The notes under the pieces are model-generated. The model had not been told where the DNA came from, ran no database searches, and saw nothing but the letters and a program-made list of their open reading frames with translations. The position numbers were made by a program, and so were the translations under genes. DNA of 64,000 nt from an uncultured Actinomycetota bacterium (lineage in GTDB: Bacteria > Actinomycetota > Actinomycetes > JAHEKZ01), in NCBI GenBank assembly GCA_963718235.1, contig CAVQYR010000001.1, positions 800,001 through 864,000 on the forward strand, given 5' to 3'. Positions 41,881-52,193 of this stretch are shown here, in pieces (the stretch's first letter is position 1; the number at the start of each line of letters is the position of its first letter).

Positions 41881-43021
41881 GTGACGTTCCCCACGGTCGG
41901 TGTGGTCGGTGGCGGTCAGCTGGCGCGGATGATGCAGCCGGCGGCCGTGGCGTTGGGGGTCCGGCTCGTCGTGCTGGCCGACGTGGCCGACGACAGTGCG
42001 GCGCAGGTGGTCCCCGACGTCGTCGTCGGTGACTACCGCGACCGCTCGACCCTGGAGTCGTTCGCCTCGGGCTGTGACGTCGTGACCTTCGACCACGAGC
42101 ACGTCCCGGCCGAGCACCTGCGCGCGCTCGTGGCTGCGGGGTTCACCGTGCGCCCCGGGCCGGCGGCGCTGGCCCACGCCCAGGACAAGTCGGTGATGCG
42201 CGAGCGGCTCGGCGCGATGGGCGCCCCGGTCCCACGGTGGCGGACCGTCAAGGACGTGGCCGACGTCGTCGCGTTCGCCGAGGGCTCGAGCTGGCCGCTG
42301 GTGCTCAAGGCCACCCGGGGCGGCTACGACGGCAAGGGGGTGTGGGTCGTGGCCGACGCCGACGAGGCCGACTGGGTGCTCTCCCACGACCAGGTCCCCG
42401 GCTTCCTCGTCGAGGAGCGGGTGCCCTTCACCCGTGAGCTGGCCGCTTTGGTGGCCCGTAGTCCCAGCGGGCAGGCGGTGGCCTACCCCGTGGTCGAGAC
42501 CGTGCAGGTCGACGGCATCTGTCGGGAGGTCTACGCGCCCGCCCCCGGCCTCGACCCCGACCATGCCGTGGCGGCGCAGGAGGTCGCGCTGAGGATCGCT
42601 GGTGAGCTCGACGTGGTCGGTGTCCTCGCCGTCGAGCTGTTCGACACCCCGGCGGGGGTGCTCGTCAACGAGCTGGCGATGCGGCCGCACAACTCCGGGC
42701 ACTGGACGATCGACGGTTCGGTCACCAGCCAGTTCGAGAACCACCTGCGAGCCGTCCTCGACCTCCCGCTCGGTGACCCGTCGGTCACTCGCCCCGGTGA
42801 CGGTGATGGTGAACGTCCTCGGTGGCGACCTCCCGGACCTCTACCCCGCCTACCTGCACTGCATGGCCCGCGACCCCGGACTCAAGGTGCACATGTACGG
42901 CAAGGCGGTTCGCCCCGGTCGCAAGGTGGGGCACGTCACGGTGACCGGAGAACACGTCGACGCGTGCAAGGAGCGGGCCAGACATGCGGCGTCCTACCTG
43001 AGAGGCGACATCGATGAGTAG
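41881..43021 (+). CDS. purK: N5-carboxyaminoimidazole ribonucleotide synthase (apparent frameshift ~42785)
   Basis: [27 protein letters not shown] and SQFENHLRA motifs. The C-terminus [20 protein letters not shown] is in the 42602..43021 frame. Confidence 0.93.
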
Positions 43022-43547
43022 CTCACCCGACCCGGCGTCGGTCGGCATCGTGATGGGCAGTGACTCCGACTGGCCGGTCATGGAGGCGGCGGCGCAGGTG
43101 CTCGACGAGTTCGACGTGGGCTACGACGTGGGGGTCGTGTCGGCGCACCGGATGCCGGTGGAGATGCTCGCGTACGGCGCCGAGGCGGTCGACCGGGGCC
43201 TGCGCGTGATCATCGCCGGGGCGGGCGGCGCGGCGCACCTCCCCGGGATGCTGGCCGCAGTCACGCCGCTGCCGGTCATCGGCGTCCCGGTGCCGCTCAA
43301 GAACCTCGACGGACTCGACTCGCTGCTGTCCATCGTGCAGATGCCGGCCGGTGTCCCGGTGGCCACCGTGGCGATCGGCAACGCGCGCAACGCTGGGCTG
43401 TTGGCGGTGCGGATGCTCGGCCTGGTCGACCAGACCCTTCAGGTGCGGATGCGGGAGTTCCAGGCCGCACTCAAGAACACCGCGGTCGAGAAGGGCGAGG
43501 CGCTGCAGCGTCGCCGCACCTCATCGACCGGTTTCACCGCTGGCTGA
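43014..43547 (+). CDS. purE: N5-CAIR mutase
   Basis: [22 protein letters not shown] and IVQMP motifs. Confidence 0.97.
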   Translation: MSSSPDPASVGIVMGSDSDWPVMEAAAQVLDEFDVGYDVGVVSAHRMPVEMLAYGAEAVDRGLRVIIAGAGGAAHLPGMLAAVTPLPVIGVPVPLKNLDGLDSLLSIVQMPAGVPVATVAIGNARNAGLLAVRMLGLVDQTLQVRMREFQAALKNTAVEKGEALQRRRTSSTGFTAG

Positions 43548-43560
43548 CGCCGACCGCGTC

Positions 43561-44880
43561 TCAGGGGCGTCCCGGCGCGACGAACGTCCAGCCGGCCGCC
43601 CGCCACCGGTCGCGGTCCAGGCACAGCCGACCGTCGACCACGACCTGGCGCCGGACCACCTGGGCCACGAGTCGCGGGTCGAGGTCGCGGAACTCCCGCC
43701 ACTCGGTCAGGACGAGGACCGCGTCGACCTGCTCGAGGGCGGCCTGCGCTGAGTCCACGTAGACCAGGCTCGGGAACAGCGCCGAGGCGTTGGCGTTGGC
43801 CTGCGGGTCGTACACGCGGACGTCGGCTCCCTGCAGCTGCAGCCCCGCGGCGACGTTGAGGGCAGGGGAGTCGCGCACGTCGTCGCTCTCGGGTTTGAAG
43901 GCCGCACCGAGAACGGCGATCCGCTTGCCGAGCAGCGAGCCGTCGAGCGCCGCCTTGGTGAGCTCGACCATCCGCCCGCGGCGGCGCATGTTGATCTCGT
44001 CGACCTCCCGCAGGAAGGTGAGCGCCTGGTCGACGCCGAGCTCTCCGGCCCGCGCCATGAACGCCCGGATGTCCTTGGGCAGGCAGCCTCCCCCGAAGCC
44101 GAGGCCGGCGCGCAGGAACTGGCCACCGATCCGTGGGTCCAGGGCGAGCGCGTCGGACAGCTGGACGACGTCGGCCCCGGTCGCCTCGCACAGCTCGGCC
44201 ATGGCGTTGATGAACGAGATCTTGGTCGCCAGGAACGCGTTGGCCGAGACCTTGACCAGCTGGGCGGTCGCGAGGTCGGTGACGACGAGCGGAACGCCTT
44301 TCTCCAGCAGCGGTGCGTAGACGTCACGCAGCACCTGCTCGGCCTGCGCGCTGCCCACCCCGACGACGAGCCGGTCCGGGCGCAGCGTGTCGTCGACGGC
44401 GTGGCTCTCGCGCAGGAACTCCGGGTTCCAGGCGACCTCGGCGGTCGGTCCCGCGGGGGCGTGTGCGCTGACGTAGTCGGACAGCCGCTCGGCGGTCCCG
44501 ACCGGCACGGTCGACTTGCCGACCACGAGGCAGGGCCTGGTCAGTCGGGGTGCGAGGTGCTCGACCACGGAGTCGACGTACCGCATGTCCGCCGCGTACG
44601 ACCCGGGCTGCTGCGGGGTGCCGACGCACAGGAAGTGCACGTCGCCGAAATCGGCCACGTCGTCGTAGGACGTCGTGAACCGCAATCGCCCGGTGTCGAG
44701 GTTGCGCCGCAGGACGTCGGCCAGGCCCGGCTCGAAGAACGGCACCTCGCCGCGCTGCAGCGTCTCGATCTTGACCGGGTCGACGTCCATCCCCAGGACG
44801 TCGAACCCCAGCTCGGCCATGCATGCAGCGTGGGTCGCCCCCAGGTACCCGGTGCCGAGCACGGTCAGGCGCGGTGCCAC
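43561..44880 (-). CDS. UDP-glucose/GDP-mannose dehydrogenase
   Basis: GTGYLG, KSTVPVG, NPEFLRE, GFGGGCLPKD and FKPESDDVRDS motifs. Confidence 0.95.
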   Translation of the reverse strand: MAPRLTVLGTGYLGATHAACMAELGFDVLGMDVDPVKIETLQRGEVPFFEPGLADVLRRNLDTGRLRFTTSYDDVADFGDVHFLCVGTPQQPGSYAADMRYVDSVVEHLAPRLTRPCLVVGKSTVPVGTAERLSDYVSAHAPAGPTAEVAWNPEFLRESHAVDDTLRPDRLVVGVGSAQAEQVLRDVYAPLLEKGVPLVVTDLATAQLVKVSANAFLATKISFINAMAELCEATGADVVQLSDALALDPRIGGQFLRAGLGFGGGCLPKDIRAFMARAGELGVDQALTFLREVDEINMRRRGRMVELTKAALDGSLLGKRIAVLGAAFKPESDDVRDSPALNVAAGLQLQGADVRVYDPQANANASALFPSLVYVDSAQAALEQVDAVLVLTEWREFRDLDPRLVAQVVRRQVVVDGRLCLDRDRWRAAGWTFVAPGRP

Positions 44881-44993
44881 GGGTCCTCCGGAGGTCGATG
44901 TCGTCGGCGCGATCAGGTTAGCCGAGCGGGCGTGCGCCTAGGCTGGCGCCGACATGTGCTGTCCCGGCGAGTCCGCGAGGAGTTCGACCTGTC

Positions 44994-45494
44994 GTGAGCC
45001 CAGAACCGGTTGCGTCATCGGCCGCACGCACGACGCTGAGTCGCATCATGACGTCGTTGGACGTCAACCTGCTCGGTACCGTGCACGGCGGTGTCGTGAT
45101 GAAGCTGGTCGACGACGTGGCAGGAGCCGCGGCCGCCCGGCACTCGCACGGAAGCGCAGTGACCGTGGCCATGGACGAGATGGTGTTCTTGCGCCCGGTC
45201 CGGATCGGTGACCTGATCCACGCGCACGCGCAGGTCAACTGGGCCGGTCGCACGTCGATGGAGGTCGGCGTCCGGGTCACCGCTGAACGATGGAACGAGA
45301 CCCAGCCGGCTGAGCACGTGGCGTCGGCCTACCTGGTGTTCGTCGCGGTCGACGAGGAGAACACTCCGCGCGAGGTGCCGCCGGTGGCACCGGAGACCGA
45401 CGTCGACCGCAACCGTTTCACCGAGGCCGAGATCCGCCGGGCGAACCGGCTCGCGCGGCGCGAGGAGATCAAGGCGCTGCGCAGCTCCCGCTGA
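44994..45494 (+). CDS. acyl-CoA thioesterase (hotdog fold)
   Basis: NLLGTVHGG, VTVAMD and GRTSMEVGV motifs. Confidence 0.9.
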   Translation: MSPEPVASSAARTTLSRIMTSLDVNLLGTVHGGVVMKLVDDVAGAAAARHSHGSAVTVAMDEMVFLRPVRIGDLIHAHAQVNWAGRTSMEVGVRVTAERWNETQPAEHVASAYLVFVAVDEENTPREVPPVAPETDVDRNRFTEAEIRRANRLARREEIKALRSSR

Positions 45495-45506
45495 GCCAAC
45501 GCACGG

Positions 45507-46929
45507 TCAGCCGCACACCTTGTCGGCCGCCGTCGTGGTGTCCACCTGGCTTTCCTGGGGGGCTGAGGTCTTGACCTGCTGGGGGGCGGCGTACTCGGTC
45601 CCGACGACGATCACGAAGGTGCCGCCCATTCCCGGAACCTCCTCGACCTCTGCGTCGGGGAACGCCGCCTGCACGGTCTTGAGGGACTCGCTCCACTCCG
45701 GGTCGTACCGGATGACCGTCGAGGTCACGTCGGTGGTCGTCCGCGTTGTCAGGGGAGGCCCCGATGGTGAACCCCACCGCCGCGAGGTCGCTGCTGGCCT
45801 GGCCGGCGAGCCCGGACACGGTGCTGCCGTTGAGCGCCTGGACGCTGATGTCGGACGGGGAGACGGTCGGTCGCCCGGCCCGCTTCTCCTTGACGACGGG
45901 AGCATCGGACTCCAGGGCGTCGAACACCGCGCTCGCCTTCGCCTTGTCCCAGCGGACCGCCGAGCCGGACGACGTGGAGTAGTCGACGTCGGAGAGCGGC
46001 ACCGTGAGGAAGCGGATGTCCTTGGGCTTGAGGCTCTGCAGGTCCGAGGCCAGGCCCATCAGCAGGTCGCGGTTCATGCCCTCGTCAGTGGTGACCGACG
46101 AGAGCATCGCCTTGAGGAACCGGTCGAGCTTCAGCGGGTTGAGCAGCACCCCGGCGCTGGTGGCCTGGTTGAACATCGCCCCGAGGAACTGCTGCTGACG
46201 CTGCATCCGGCCCAGGTCGGCGGTGGGGTCGATGTAGCGGGCGCGGACGAACGACAGCCCCATCTGCCCGTCGACGTGCGACCGACCGGCCGGGAGGACC
46301 AGGCCGCTTCGGCGGTCGTCGACGGCGTCGGGCAGGCACACGTCGACTCCGCCGAGGGCGTCGACCATGCGGATGACCCCGGCGAACCCGACCTCGACGT
46401 AGTGGTCGACGTCGACGCCCGTGGCGCCCTGCACGGTGCGGATCAGCAGCTCGGCGCCCCCGTAGGAGTACGCGGCGTTCAGCTTGTTCATCTGGGCCGG
46501 GTGCTTCTTGCCGGCGTCGTCGGTCCAGGCCGGGATGCGCACCCAGGAGTCACGGGGCAGGCTCACGACCGTCACGTCGCTGCGGTCGGCCGACAGGTGG
46601 ACCAGCATCATCGTGTCGGAACGCCGGCCGCCGAGGTGGCCGGTGTGCAGCATGCGCTGCTCTTCCTTGGTCAGCCCGTCACGGGAGTCAGAACCGGCCA
46701 CGAGCACCGTCAGCGGACCATCGGCGTCGCCGCCGCCGGCCAGGATGCCGCCGAGCCCGGGGATCCGGCCGATCTGTCCGTCGTAGTAGGTGGCGACGGC
46801 CCAGCCACCGATCGAGGTGAGGAAGATCACGCTCGCGGCGATGGTCGCCAGGGCGCGCAGGACCCGAGGACGAGCAGAAGTCTCACCGGTGGCTCGGGGG
46901 GAGAGCTCCGGGGGAAGGACGGTGCTCAT
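45507..46929 (-). CDS. LCP (LytR-CpsA-Psr) glycopolymer ligase with LytR_C domain (apparent frameshift ~45741)
   Basis: GSDSR, RSDTMML, SLPRD, LNAAY, FVRAR and DLGRMQRQQ motifs. LytR_C (ALNGS..GLA) finishes in the 45507..45905 frame (VIVVGTEY...TTAADKVCG). Confidence 0.9.
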
Positions 46930-47137
46930 GCGGGGTGGTTCTCCTGACGTGGGCGTACGGCCGGCGGACCGGGGCGTGGACGTTCAATCAGACGCAGCAG
47001 CCACGGCTTCGGTGCCGCTCCCGAGGGTAGATCGAGCCGGCGCCGATCACAGAATCGGCGCGCCGGGCGGCTCGTCGCCCGGGAGCGTGGCGGACCGGCG
47101 CGGTCGCCGGCCCGGTGGTGCTGCCCGCGGGAGCGGG

Positions 47138-48193
47138 CTAGCCGGAGCGCTTCTGGCTGCGGGCCAGCGCGATGATCGCGTCGACCGCGGCGGCGGACAC
47201 GTCGGCCTCGTCGGGAAGTGCCGGCTGTCTCGAGGGCGGGTCTGGTGTGCGAGCAGAAGTGGCCGTCTCCGATCTCAGGTCGTCGAGGTCTCCGACCACG
47301 GTCATGCCGAGCGAGACCAGCGAGGCCAGCGAGGCCACGATCTCCTCCGAGCGGTGGTGGGCCCACGGGAGCGCGGCGTCCGGGAGCACGACCCGGGCCT
47401 CGGACTCCCGACGGCTGGCCAGGATCGACTTGCTCAGCCCGGCGCGCAGGACCCGTCCGTACTCCCGTCGGGGCATCGACTCGTCACCGAGCCGCAGGTT
47501 GACCCGGCGCAGCAGCTCCGCGGAGGCGGCGCCCAACGACTCGTTCGCGGTCTGCACCGGCTCGTAGCGCCCGGCGTCGATGTCGAGGGCGCTCGCGAAG
47601 CGGCGCCACAGCGCCAGCGGGTCAGCCGACCTTCGGGGGAGGGTCACCACCGTGACGTGGTCCACGCCGACGACGTCGGACCACACCTTCAGGATCCGGG
47701 ACGTGTCGTGCTGCTCCCAGAAGCTGCGCCCCAGCGTGCTCTTTCGGGGGTGCTTGCTGGTGACCGAGTCGACGTAGTCGGCAAACGTCCAGGTGTGGCC
47801 GAACTGCAGCGACTCCTGCCACTGCGCCGGCACCACCCGAACCAGGTCGCGCACGGTGAGCACGACCCGGACGGTCCGAGCGCCCAGTGCGGCGACCGCC
47901 CGCGCGGCCTGCTCCGGGCGGGCCCGGACCAGGCTCTCCATCGAGATGACGGCGGCTGGCCCCTCGTAGGCGGCGATCTCGTCGACGAGCGCCTGCCATC
48001 TCCCGGCGAGCCGGCCGCTACCCTCGTCGCGGCGCCCGAGCATCTCCTGCGCCCCTCGCACCTGGTCGATCCGGCGCCCCGGGTGGAGCAACCCGTCGTC
48101 GGCGAGCTGCTTCTGGTGCTGCACCAACATGGCCTGCAGGTAGGTCGTACCCGTCTTGGGCTCCCCGACGTGCAGGTGGACCACTCCGGTCAT
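47138..48193 (-). CDS. sulfotransferase-fold (P-loop) protein, copy 4
   Basis: HLHVGEPKTGTTYLQ (5'-PSB-like), ISMESL, RDL..VPAQWQE, NESLG and VVGDLDDL. Confidence 0.75.
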   Translation of the reverse strand: MTGVVHLHVGEPKTGTTYLQAMLVQHQKQLADDGLLHPGRRIDQVRGAQEMLGRRDEGSGRLAGRWQALVDEIAAYEGPAAVISMESLVRARPEQAARAVAALGARTVRVVLTVRDLVRVVPAQWQESLQFGHTWTFADYVDSVTSKHPRKSTLGRSFWEQHDTSRILKVWSDVVGVDHVTVVTLPRRSADPLALWRRFASALDIDAGRYEPVQTANESLGAASAELLRRVNLRLGDESMPRREYGRVLRAGLSKSILASRRESEARVVLPDAALPWAHHRSEEIVASLASLVSLGMTVVGDLDDLRSETATSARTPDPPSRQPALPDEADVSAAAVDAIIALARSQKRSG

Positions 48194-49245
48194 GAGGTTC
48201 CCCGCGTCGAGCGCACGCGGGACAGATAGGCGCTCAGCGCCATGACCGCAGCATCACGAGCGGCAGCGGTCTCGACCCGGGAGTGCCCCGCCGGTCCGGT
48301 GTCGTCGGTGGACGGCACCAGCTCGTCGAGGTCGCCCACGACCCGGTAGCCACGGTCCCGCACCACCGATGCGACCTCGCGCCCGAGCTCGCCCGCCCAG
48401 TGCAGGGACTTCGAGTCGATCGACAGCGGCTGGGCGCTCTGGCCGGCCAAGACCGTCTCGGCGACGAAGCGCTTGACCTCGCTGCGGTACACCGGCCACT
48501 CGATCCCCAGCGTGGACTCGTGGGTGAGCGCCGCGTTCAGCCGGCGGACGACCTCTGCGGACGTGGCTCCCAACGAGACGTTGGTCTGAAGGACCTCCAG
48601 GTCCGCTCCGACGGGTGGGAGACCGACTGCGGCGGCGAACCGCTCCCACAGGAGCGACGGCGAGGAGCCTTTGCGCGGCACAGTGACCACCGTGATCTGC
48701 GCGGCGGGGACGTGCCGCTGCCAGTCGGCCAGAATGGCCGGGAGGTTCTGCCACCGCCAGAATCCCCGTCGCGTGCCGGGCGCCTCCGCCCAGGCCCGCC
48801 GAGCCCGGCGGAGGTACTGCCGTAGCTCCAGGGTGGATCCGTTCTTGAGGTTCTCCTGCCACACGGCCGGCAGCTGGCGGGCGAGGTCTCGAGCCGTCAC
48901 GACGATCCGCAGGTCGTCCGTCGGCAGGTCGGAGGCGATCGTGGCGATCTGCTCGGGTGTGGCAGCGGTGAAGAGCTCGTGGGAGATGAGGACGTCCGGC
49001 CCGCGCCAGGACTCGACGGCGTGGGCCAGCCGGTTCCAGGAGCCGTCGACCCGTGGGTCGCGGTACTCCTTGAACGCGCCGCAGACGTCTTGTGCCTCCA
49101 GGAAGTGGTCTCCGCGGAAGCCGGGGTACAGGAGACCCTGCTTCCGGAGCCACCGCCGGTTCTTGGCGGCGACCGCCTGCACGTACGTAGTGCCCGTCTT
49201 CGGTGCTCCGATGTGGAGGTGCACTGTGGGTCGGCGGGTGCTCAT
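48190..49245 (-). CDS. sulfotransferase-fold protein, copy 3
   Basis: HLHIGAPKTGTTYVQ, ISHELF, RDLARQLPAVWQE, NVSLG and VVGDLDEL. ATGA overlaps on both sides. Confidence 0.75.
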   Translation of the reverse strand: MSTRRPTVHLHIGAPKTGTTYVQAVAAKNRRWLRKQGLLYPGFRGDHFLEAQDVCGAFKEYRDPRVDGSWNRLAHAVESWRGPDVLISHELFTAATPEQIATIASDLPTDDLRIVVTARDLARQLPAVWQENLKNGSTLELRQYLRRARRAWAEAPGTRRGFWRWQNLPAILADWQRHVPAAQITVVTVPRKGSSPSLLWERFAAAVGLPPVGADLEVLQTNVSLGATSAEVVRRLNAALTHESTLGIEWPVYRSEVKRFVAETVLAGQSAQPLSIDSKSLHWAGELGREVASVVRDRGYRVVGDLDELVPSTDDTGPAGHSRVETAAARDAAVMALSAYLSRVRSTRGTS

Positions 49246-50198
49246 CGGCGCGCCTGCCACTGCTGGGGCAGCCAGTGCTGACGGACCGAGTCGATGGTGG
49301 TCTTCAGCCGGGTGGTCATGGCTGAGTCCGCGCGGTGAGGCGACAAAGTGGCGGTGAGCTGCACCAGGGAGCGCAGGGCACCGACCGCGGCGTCCAGCTC
49401 GGCCTCGTCGGTGGCCGGGCCGGGGGCGGTGGGAGCGCCGGGGGTCAGCTCGTCGAGGCTGCCGTGGACGACGTAGCCGCACGCCTCGAGCCGCTCGCGG
49501 CCCTCGGCGCTCCAGTCGGCGACTGCCGGATGGGTCCACAGCGCTGTGTCGTCTGACGTCAGCCCCAGTCCCTCGACGAGTGCCTGGCGCACGGAGGGCT
49601 CGTCGGGGACGAAGCGTCCGTCGGTACCGGCGGCGGTCAAGACGTTCAGCGCCCGCAGCACCTCGGCCGCCGCGGGGCTCATCATCCGGTCGGCCAGCTC
49701 GATCGCAGGGCGTTGACGGGGGGACGCATCAGTGCGCACCTCGTCTTCGCGGTTCCCGGCCGCCTCGGTGAACCTCCGCCACAGCTCGTCCAGCCGTCCG
49801 GGCAGAGGGGCCGTGACGACGTGGACGTGGTCCCCGCCGATCCGCCGGTCCCAGGGTTGCAGGGTCACGACCGGGTCGATCGACCGCCACGGTCCGCTGA
49901 GGCTCTCGTGGTCGGCAGCCAGCCGGTCGACGAACTCCTCGAACGACGCGGTGCCGCCCCGAAGGAGCTCACCCTGCCAGAGCACCGGCAGCTGTCGGTG
50001 CAGGTCCCGGATGACGAGGACCGCGCGCCCCGGTGGCCCGGGGAGGCTGGTCAGGAGCCGCTCGACCTTGGTCTCGTCGCCCGCGAGGTCGGGCGCGGAG
50101 ACGATGCGTCCCGCCGACCCGCCGCTGGCCACCGGGCTCCCGGCGAGGAACGAGGTCTGGGTGTGCGAAGCGCCGACGTGAACGACGACCTCGGGCAC
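49242..50198 (-). CDS. degenerate sulfotransferase-fold protein, copy 2
   Basis: VHVGASHTQTSFL replaces PKTGTT. It retains RDLHRQLPVLWQ, LWRRF, AEVLRALN and VHGSLDEL. AAGGAGG RBS. Confidence 0.65.
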   Translation of the reverse strand: MPEVVVHVGASHTQTSFLAGSPVASGGSAGRIVSAPDLAGDETKVERLLTSLPGPPGRAVLVIRDLHRQLPVLWQGELLRGGTASFEEFVDRLAADHESLSGPWRSIDPVVTLQPWDRRIGGDHVHVVTAPLPGRLDELWRRFTEAAGNREDEVRTDASPRQRPAIELADRMMSPAAAEVLRALNVLTAAGTDGRFVPDEPSVRQALVEGLGLTSDDTALWTHPAVADWSAEGRERLEACGYVVHGSLDELTPGAPTAPGPATDEAELDAAVGALRSLVQLTATLSPHRADSAMTTRLKTTIDSVRQHWLPQQWQARR

Positions 50199-50253
50199 GA
50201 GTCCTCCTTGGGGCGAGCCCCGATCCTAGCCAGCGCGCGCCCGTGGCGTCGGG

Positions 50254-51450
50254 TCAGCCACGGCGTCGGTCTCGGACCGCGCGCAGCCGAGCCCCGACGG
50301 CGGCCGCGTACCGGTTGCGGCTCTCGAGGGCGACCAGGTGCGAACGCAGCCGAAGCGACGGCGCCAGAGAGTCCAGCTGGCGTCGCAGGCGCCCTTCCCA
50401 CCGGTGCCGGTCGTCGCGCATCCGGGCCATCTGGACCAGCAGCCCGCTCACTGCCGCAACGGCGGCGTCGAGCACCGCGGCGTCGTCGGGTGCCGGGTCT
50501 CCCGGCAGGGCTTCGTCCGGGACGACCAGGTCGTCGAGGTCACCGACGACGTCGCAGCCGCTGGCCCGGAGTCCGGAGATGGCGCTGCTGGCCCGGGCCA
50601 CGAGCCTGGCGTGCAGCTCGGGCGGCAGTTGAGGGCGCCCGGCGGGTGACCGGGCGCCGAGCACCTTGACGGCCAGGAGGTCGCGGGTCAGACCGGTCTG
50701 GTGCCACCGCGGGAAGTCGTCGGGCAGGGCCAGGTTGACCCGGCGCAGCAGCTCGGTCTCGGGCAGGCCCAGGGAGGTGTTCGCCTCGACCTCGAAGTCG
50801 GTGGCCGACGCGGGGTCGACCCCGATGATCGAGGCGAACCGGTTCCAGAGGTCGTTCTTGTCCGCTGCGGTCGGCGGCATCACCATGACGTGGATGTTCG
50901 CGCGCTCGACGTGGGTCGCCCAACGGTCGACGACGTCGACCGGGTCGTGCACGCTCCAGAACCAACGGCCAGGCCCCTTGGTCGCCGATCCCAGCACCTT
51001 GCGGGCCCACGCCTCGAAGGTCAGCGTCGAACGGTGCTTGACGAACTCCTGCCACTCCGAGGGCATCAGCCCGCCCAGGTTGCGGGTGGCGTAGAGGACG
51101 TGCACCTCGCGGGGAGCCAGCGAGTCGACCGCGCGCCGGACCTGGGCTGGGGTCAGTGAGGCGAGGTGCTCGTCGGAGATCACGACGTTCTCGGCGTCGC
51201 TGGAGGCGGCGATCTTGGCGAGGGTGTCCCAGGCTCCCGTCCAGTCCAGGCCGGGGTCGGCCGGGTCGAAGGGCAGGTCCCGGAGGTCGTGACCGGCCAG
51301 GTAGTGGTCGCGACGTCGGGTGCCGACGACGTGCAGGCCCACCGCCTCCAGGGCCTCCTGGTTGCGCCAGAGGACCCCCTGCAGGTACGTCGTGCCGGTC
51401 TTCGGCGCGCCCACGTGCAGGAAGGCCCGCCTGGTCGGGTCGTCGGCCAC
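50254..51450 (-). CDS. sulfotransferase-fold protein, copy 1
   Basis: FLHVGAPKTGTTYLQ, ISDEHL, PSEWQE, NTSLG and VVGDLDDL. Confidence 0.75.
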   Translation of the reverse strand: MADDPTRRAFLHVGAPKTGTTYLQGVLWRNQEALEAVGLHVVGTRRRDHYLAGHDLRDLPFDPADPGLDWTGAWDTLAKIAASSDAENVVISDEHLASLTPAQVRRAVDSLAPREVHVLYATRNLGGLMPSEWQEFVKHRSTLTFEAWARKVLGSATKGPGRWFWSVHDPVDVVDRWATHVERANIHVMVMPPTAADKNDLWNRFASIIGVDPASATDFEVEANTSLGLPETELLRRVNLALPDDFPRWHQTGLTRDLLAVKVLGARSPAGRPQLPPELHARLVARASSAISGLRASGCDVVGDLDDLVVPDEALPGDPAPDDAAVLDAAVAAVSGLLVQMARMRDDRHRWEGRLRRQLDSLAPSLRLRSHLVALESRNRYAAAVGARLRAVRDRRRG

Positions 51451-51455
51451 CGGAC

Positions 51456-52193
51456 TCACTCCTCTGGCTTCATGGGTCGCTGCTTGGTGCGTCGGTACTC
51501 CGCGATCCCCTCGTCGAGCGGCCCGTCGAACACGAGCTGGCCCTCGCGAAGCACCAGAGCTCGTTGGCACAGCCGGCGCAGGCACTTGGTGTTGTTCGTG
51601 GCGACGACGAGCGCATGCGAGTGGTCGGGGTAGCGGGCCATCCGGTCCAGGGCTGCGTCGCGCCTGGCCTGGCTGCCCAGGAGCAGGTCCTCGTCGGCGA
51701 GGAACACCGTCGGGGTGGTGAACAGGGCGATGGCGTAGCCCAGGCGGCGCCGGTCCAGCACCGCAAGGTCGCGCAGCTTGGTGTCGGCCCGGTCGGTCAG
51801 ATCCGCGTACTCGATCACCTCGTCGGCAGCCGCCACGGCGTCGTCCTGCCGCTCTCCGAGCAGGGCCAGGCCGTACACGACGTTGGAGCGCACGCTGAAG
51901 TCGTTGGACAGCCCGGCGCCGGCCGAGACCAAGCCGGTGGCTCGACCGCGCACCCGCACACGACCGTCGTCGGCGCGCAGCACGCCGCTCATCAGATGGA
52001 GCACCGTCGTACGTCCGGATTCCGGCTCGCCGAGGATGCCGACTCCCTCACCGGCTGCGACGGTGAAGGTGAGCCCGCGCACGGCGACGTGCAGCCGTCT
52101 CTGCTTGGCCGGCTTCCGACGCAGGCTGGTGAACCGTGCGGTCTCGAGGTCGGGGTACACCTTGCGGACCCGCTCGAAGGTCACGACTTCCAT
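51456..52193 (-). CDS. Wzt/TagH-like ABC ATP-binding subunit with degenerate motifs
   Basis: The overall fold matches Wzt (LTFTVAAGEGVGILG, GRVRVRG, GQLVFDG). Walker A is GEPESGRTT, the signature is LAVLDRRRL and the H-loop is ATNN. Confidence 0.8.
   Translation of the reverse strand: MEVVTFERVRKVYPDLETARFTSLRRKPAKQRRLHVAVRGLTFTVAAGEGVGILGEPESGRTTVLHLMSGVLRADDGRVRVRGRATGLVSAGAGLSNDFSVRSNVVYGLALLGERQDDAVAAADEVIEYADLTDRADTKLRDLAVLDRRRLGYAIALFTTPTVFLADEDLLLGSQARRDAALDRMARYPDHSHALVVATNNTKCLRRLCQRALVLREGQLVFDGPLDEGIAEYRRTKQRPMKPEE

Noticed and set aside
41881-43021. purK as a pseudogene or programmed frameshift
   Set aside because: There is no slippery heptamer, both halves are fully conserved, and similar indels are scattered across the window, so an assembly error is more likely.
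46930-47137. GC-rich intergenic region with several hairpins as a riboswitch or ncRNA
   Set aside because: No recognisable riboswitch consensus. Such hairpins are expected at this GC content and may just be terminators. An Rfam cmscan would settle it.
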